A stretch of DNA of 20,210 nucleotides from Acaryochloris sp. IP29b_bin.137 (lineage in GTDB: Bacteria; Cyanobacteriota; Cyanobacteriia; Thermosynechococcales; Thermosynechococcaceae). The stretch lies in assembly GCF_028285745.1 (NCBI RefSeq), contig NZ_JANQOP010000042.1, positions 1 to 20,210 of the forward strand, given 5' to 3'. A program made the translations under genes and the position numbers. Of this stretch, positions 15,578 to 20,210 are shown piece after piece. The notes below the pieces were generated by a model. That model was not told where the DNA came from. It was given only the letters and a program-made list of their open reading frames with translations, and ran no database searches. Each line of letters opens with the position of its first letter. Within the stretch, counting starts at the first letter, position 1.

Positions 15578-18577
15578 TTGTTTGAGGCCTATACGGTAGC
15601 CATGACCCAATCCCCCATCAAAACTTCTGTTTCTCCTGAAACCTCATTTTTCTCTGGGGAAGGTGGTAGTGGAACGCTGAGTCCCCTGCTATCTCAGCAT
15701 CTACCAACAAAACTGAAACCATCAGATACGTTTACCCATCGCCACATTGGTCCCAGCGAAGCAGAAATTGCTCAAATGCTAGAGACGATGAAGGTGGACG
15801 ATCTGGCGTCATTGATTGATGCGGCTGTTCCTGCTCAGATCCGTCTCAAGCAGCCTTTGAATTTGGGACAAGAGCGGGGGGAACATCAGCTGATTCAGGA
15901 CTTACGAGCGATTGCTGCTAAAAACAAAATCTTTCGGTCCTACATTGGCACGGGATACTCCGCCTGTATTACGCCTCCGGTGATTCAGCGGAATATCCTT
16001 GAAAACCCAGGCTGGTATACCCAATACACCCCCTATCAAGCAGAGATTGCTCAGGGACGATTAGAGGCGCTGCTCAACTTCCAAACCATGGTGATGGATT
16101 TAACGGGGTTGGAAATTGCCAATGCTTCGCTGCTAGACGAAGGGACCGCTGCTGCCGAAGCGATGGCCATGAGCTATAACTTGCAAAAGAAGCAGACCGC
16201 TAAAACCTTCTTTGTCTCTGAGAAATGTCATCCCCAAACCGTTGATATTATTCATACTCGGGCCTTGCCCCTTGGCATAGATGTGATTGTGGGTGATCAC
16301 CAGCAGTATGACTTTGGCGAGGGTACGACCTTTGGGGCATTACTGCAATATCCCGCCACAGACGGAGCAATTGATGACTATCGATCTTTTGTTGAGGTGG
16401 CCCATCAGGCAGGAGCCATCGTAACTGTAGCGACGGATCTGCTCAGTCTGCTGTTACTGACTCCACCGGGGGAATGGGGCGCTGATATTGCGGTGGGTAA
16501 TAGCCAACGCTTTGGCGTACCCCTGGGATATGGTGGTCCTCATGCTGCGTTCTTCGCCACGCGAGCTGCCTATCAACGCAAGATCCCTGGTCGAATTGTG
16601 GGAATCTCCCATGATGTTCAGGATAAGCCAGCGCTACGACTGGCTTTGCAAACCCGTGAACAACATATCCGCCGAGATAAGGCCACGAGCAATATTTGTA
16701 CCGCTCAGGTTTTATTAGCTGTGATCGCGGGAATGTACGCCGTCTACCATGGTCCGCAAGGGCTGAAACAAATTGCCGCTCGCACGCATCTATTGACGGG
16801 TTTGTTAGCCACTGGGTTGAAGAAACTCGGCTTTGAGCTGACCGCGGAGCTGTTCTTTGATACCGTGACGGTGAAGTTAGGGGACTTATCGGCAGAGGAA
16901 CTGCGGGTGCGATCGCACGCGAAATCCATTAATCTGCGCTATATGGATGCCAAGACGGTGAGTATCGCCTTTGATGAAACTACCACCCCCACCGATCTGT
17001 GGGATGTTCTCAGTTTATTTACCTCAGAGCCACTTTGCTTTACTTTAGAAGACTTGCTTGCCGAAGCGACGATTGACTTACCCGAACAACATCAGCGCAA
17101 AAGCAAGTATTTAGCTGAACCAGTTTTTAACACCTACCATTCTGAAACCGAACTGCTTCGCTATATGCATCGGTTGCAGGCTAAAGATCTGTCCCTCACC
17201 ACCTCGATGATTCCGTTGGGCTCCTGCACAATGAAACTGAATGGCACTTCGGAAATGGTTCCCGTTACTTGGCCCGAGTTCGGTCAACTCCACCCCTTTG
17301 TGCCAGTGGATCAAGCTCAAGGATATAAGGAACTCTTTCAACAGCTAGAAACCATGCTGGCTGAAATAACGGGGTTCGCCGGAATTTCGCTTCAACCAAA
17401 TGCGGGGTCTCAAGGGGAATATACAGGCTTGTTAGTGATTCACCAATACCATGCCAGCCGAGGAGACACCCACCGCAATATCTGTTTAATTCCCGACTCT
17501 GCTCACGGTACCAATCCAGCCAGTGCAGTGATGGCGGGAATGAAAGTGGTGGTGGTGGCCTGTGATGCGCTGGGCAACATCGATATGGTTGATTTGCGCC
17601 AAAAAGCAGAGAAACATCGTGATCGTCTATCGGCATTGATGGTCACCTATCCCTCCACCCACGGTGTTTTTGAAGAAACCATTCAGGAGATTTGTGACCT
17701 GATCCATGAAAATGGGGGACAGGTCTATATGGATGGTGCCAACCTCAATGCTCAAGTAGGACTTTGCCGTCCGGGCGATATTGGTGCTGATGTCTGTCAT
17801 CTGAATTTGCATAAAACCTTCTGCATTCCCCATGGCGGCGGCGGTCCAGGCATGGGGCCGATTGGAGTCGCGGCGCATCTGGTTCCCTTTATTCCCAAAC
17901 ATCCGGTGGTATCCATGGGCGGGGAACAAGGCATTGGGGCCGTGGCGGCTGCTCCTTGGGGAAGTGCTAGCATTCTGCCGATTTCCTGGGTCTATATTGC
18001 CTTGATGGGGTCTAGGGGCTTAACTTACGCGACCGAGGTCGCCATTCTTAATGCCAACTATATTGCCAAGCGTCTAGACCCCTACTACCCAGTGTTGTAC
18101 AAAGGGAAATCCGGGTTAGTAGCCCATGAATGCATCTTGGATTTGCGCGGGGTGAAGAAAATGGCTGGCATCGAAGTTGAAGATATTGCCAAGCGACTGA
18201 TGGACTACGGGTATCACGCACCTACAGTGTCTTGGCCCGTACCCGGCACGATTATGATTGAGCCGACCGAGAGTGAATCCAAAGCTGAACTGGACCGATT
18301 CTGTGAAGCAATGATTGCCATCCGCGCGGAGATTGCCGAGATTGAAGCCGGACAAGCAGATGCCCAAAATAACGTCTTAAAGAATGCGCCTCATCCGGCT
18401 GATGTGGTGATTGCCGATAGCTGGGACCGACCCTACTCCCGCGAGAAAGCTGCCTATCCTGCCCCCTGGACGCGAGAGTCTAAGTTTTGGCCCGCTGTTA
18501 GTCGGATTAACAATGCCTATGGCGATCGCAACTTGGTCTGTTCCTGCGCCCCCCTGTCAGACTATGCTGAGCCTTAA
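15578..18577 (+). CDS. gcvP: Glycine dehydrogenase (aminomethyl-transferring), glycine cleavage system P protein
   Basis: 999 aa: [21 protein letters not shown]..., [53 protein letters not shown] motif [22 protein letters not shown]. Actual start may be ATG at 15602 (MTQSPIKTS). Confidence 0.98.
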   Translation: MFEAYTVAMTQSPIKTSVSPETSFFSGEGGSGTLSPLLSQHLPTKLKPSDTFTHRHIGPSEAEIAQMLETMKVDDLASLIDAAVPAQIRLKQPLNLGQERGEHQLIQDLRAIAAKNKIFRSYIGTGYSACITPPVIQRNILENPGWYTQYTPYQAEIAQGRLEALLNFQTMVMDLTGLEIANASLLDEGTAAAEAMAMSYNLQKKQTAKTFFVSEKCHPQTVDIIHTRALPLGIDVIVGDHQQYDFGEGTTFGALLQYPATDGAIDDYRSFVEVAHQAGAIVTVATDLLSLLLLTPPGEWGADIAVGNSQRFGVPLGYGGPHAAFFATRAAYQRKIPGRIVGISHDVQDKPALRLALQTREQHIRRDKATSNICTAQVLLAVIAGMYAVYHGPQGLKQIAARTHLLTGLLATGLKKLGFELTAELFFDTVTVKLGDLSAEELRVRSHAKSINLRYMDAKTVSIAFDETTTPTDLWDVLSLFTSEPLCFTLEDLLAEATIDLPEQHQRKSKYLAEPVFNTYHSETELLRYMHRLQAKDLSLTTSMIPLGSCTMKLNGTSEMVPVTWPEFGQLHPFVPVDQAQGYKELFQQLETMLAEITGFAGISLQPNAGSQGEYTGLLVIHQYHASRGDTHRNICLIPDSAHGTNPASAVMAGMKVVVVACDALGNIDMVDLRQKAEKHRDRLSALMVTYPSTHGVFEETIQEICDLIHENGGQVYMDGANLNAQVGLCRPGDIGADVCHLNLHKTFCIPHGGGGPGMGPIGVAAHLVPFIPKHPVVSMGGEQGIGAVAAAPWGSASILPISWVYIALMGSRGLTYATEVAILNANYIAKRLDPYYPVLYKGKSGLVAHECILDLRGVKKMAGIEVEDIAKRLMDYGYHAPTVSWPVPGTIMIEPTESESKAELDRFCEAMIAIRAEIAEIEAGQADAQNNVLKNAPHPADVVIADSWDRPYSREKAAYPAPWTRESKFWPAVSRINNAYGDRNLVCSCAPLSDYAEP

Positions 18578-18595
18578 TCGCTAGCTTTTTTGAAA

Positions 18596-18638
18596 GGGCA
18601 GCCTGTCTAAATTCTCCCCAAAACGAGCAAGGCTGCCC
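18596..18638. terminator. Candidate bidirectional terminator between convergent gcvP and chlB
   Basis: Perfect 9-bp inverted repeat GGGCAGCCT (18596-18604) / AGGCTGCCC (18630-18638) with 25-nt loop between the convergent stops. The flanking T-tract is weak (TTT on the minus strand). Confidence 0.45.
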
Positions 18639-18683
18639 GAGATTGGACAACCTTGACATCTTTACTTTCAATCAGAGTTGAGG

Positions 18684-20210
18684 TTATGCCCCCACCGCTT
18701 CTTTCGCGGCATATAGCACTTCAGCTGTAATCTCGGTAATATTACGCTCACGAGCGAACTTCTCGGTATTCCGCTTCACTTTACCGCGCACAAAACCGGG
18801 GATTTTGTTGAGCTCGGCTTGCCCATCAGCACTCCAACCCAAATCAGAATCAGCTGAAATTCCCTTCGTGATCACTTCCTTGGTGTCATGGCCACCGAAG
18901 ATTTCTAGCAAATGGTCTTCCATTCCTAGGGTAAAGGAGTTGTACACCAAATCAGCCACCTGATTCGTTCCTTCGTAGCCGAGGAAAGGCTTATAGCCGA
19001 TGGGGAAATCTTGGATATGGATGGGAGCGGCAATCACCCCACAAGGGATATTGAGCCGCTTACCTACGTGACGCTCCATTTGGGTGCCGAAGATCGCAGA
19101 GGGTTCGACTCGGGCAATAGCATCACCGATGGCACCATGATCTTCATTGATCAGCACTTCGTCACAGTACTCGCTGACTTCTTTGCGGAACCATTCTTGA
19201 TCATATTTGCAGTAGGTACCCGCCCAAACCACATGAATGCCCATTTCCCGTGCCAAGATTTTGGTCATGGCTGCAGCATGGGTGTTATCGCCATAGACGA
19301 CTGCTTTTTTACCAGTGAGGTTTTGGCAGTCGATGGAGCGAGAGAACCAGGCTGCCTGGGAAACATGGAGGGTCTGGTTTTCGATGTACTCTTCGTAGTT
19401 AACGTCTGCTCCTTGCGCATTCAACACTTCTTGAATCTTGCGAATGCAACGAGCTGTTTCCACCACACCCATGGGTGTGATATCGACGAAGGGCATGCCA
19501 AACTCTTTCTCCAGATAGTGAGCGGACATATGGCCAATCTCACGATAGGGAATCAGGTTAAACCAGGCTTGAGGGAGACGCTTGAGGTTATGGACTGAAG
19601 CCCCTTCAGGAATGACTTCGTTGACTTCAATGCCTAGGTCAGCCATCAACCGCTTCAGTTCAGTGCAGTCATGCTGGTTATGGAACCCTAAGGTGGAAAT
19701 ACCAATGATATTTACAGAAGGCTTAGCCGTTTTTTCTTCCAGTAAATCGCCATTCTTACGGGCTTTTTGGATATAAAACTGGACAATTTGGTCAAGGGTA
19801 CGGTCTGCAGCCTGTAGCTCGTTGACGCGATAGTGATTCACATCAGCCAGTAGGACATCTCCTTGGGTGCTGAGGGAAGCTCGCTCTACAAAGTTCTCCA
19901 GGTCTTCTTGCAAAATACTGGAGGTGCAGGTGGGGGTGAGGACAATCAAATCAGGATTTTCCTCTTCATCCTTGCGGGTAATATTATCGACTACCTTCTC
20001 TTGCGAGCCACGGGCTAAAACATGACGATCGACCACGCTGGCCGTCACGGGAGTGAAGTTCCGCTCTCGCTCTAGCATGGAGCGCATGACGTTGAAGTAG
20101 TCATCCCCCAAGGGAGCATGCATAATGCCATGAACATTTTTAAAAGAACTGGCCACTCTCAACGTGCCAATATGCGCTGGACCAGCGTACATCCAGTAGG
20201 CTAATTTCAT
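18684..20210 (-). CDS. chlB: Light-independent protochlorophyllide reductase subunit B
   Basis: 508 aa [103 protein letters not shown]; the start codon coincides with the last base of the window. Confidence 0.99.
   Translation of the reverse strand: MKLAYWMYAGPAHIGTLRVASSFKNVHGIMHAPLGDDYFNVMRSMLERERNFTPVTASVVDRHVLARGSQEKVVDNITRKDEEENPDLIVLTPTCTSSILQEDLENFVERASLSTQGDVLLADVNHYRVNELQAADRTLDQIVQFYIQKARKNGDLLEEKTAKPSVNIIGISTLGFHNQHDCTELKRLMADLGIEVNEVIPEGASVHNLKRLPQAWFNLIPYREIGHMSAHYLEKEFGMPFVDITPMGVVETARCIRKIQEVLNAQGADVNYEEYIENQTLHVSQAAWFSRSIDCQNLTGKKAVVYGDNTHAAAMTKILAREMGIHVVWAGTYCKYDQEWFRKEVSEYCDEVLINEDHGAIGDAIARVEPSAIFGTQMERHVGKRLNIPCGVIAAPIHIQDFPIGYKPFLGYEGTNQVADLVYNSFTLGMEDHLLEIFGGHDTKEVITKGISADSDLGWSADGQAELNKIPGFVRGKVKRNTEKFARERNITEITAEVLYAAKEAVGA

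Noticed and set aside
16488-18367. Antisense ORFs opposite gcvP
   Set aside because: Complement of conserved gcvP coding sequence with no independent support.
19011-19598. 195-aa ORF on the + strand opposite chlB
   Set aside because: Antisense to a strongly conserved gene; the translation has no domain signature. Likely spurious.
1-20210. CRISPR arrays, tRNA/rRNA genes, transposases
   Set aside because: No regularly spaced repeats, cloverleaf-like sequences, rRNA signatures or transposase-like ORFs were seen.

Overview
This is a cyanobacterial chromosomal segment. Support comes from ChlB, GcvP and several HIP1 (GCGATCGC) octamers. The right ~11 kb looks ordinary: HU, CobD-like decarboxylase, a flavoprotein, a GST/glutathionyl-hydroquinone-reductase-like protein, a 4-TM 'holin family' membrane protein, small conserved proteins, an Uma2-family protein, gcvP and chlB. 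The left ~8.4 kb is the interesting part. It is a compact minus-strand operon belonging to a phage-tail-like contractile injection system (CIS/eCIS type). In transcription order it holds a 151-aa unknown protein, a gp19-like tail tube protein, a giant 2402-aa Ser/Pro/Gln/Glu/Thr-rich and probably disordered protein, and the N-terminus of a LysM/CIS-tube adaptor protein cut by the window edge. Hand inspection of the giant ORF gave three results: (i) its C-terminal ~30 aa resemble the C-terminus of the 151-aa protein on the other side of the tube gene; (ii) a [KES][QRK]xxxx[VI]x[KRQ]Q[LI] element occurs four times at ~186-206 aa spacing, next to basic tracts; (iii) short [IV]Q-x-[KQ]-[AV]-[ED] type motifs recur along the chain. 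Two adjacent short inverted repeats lie just upstream of the operon. All family assignments come from recalled motifs, not database searches.
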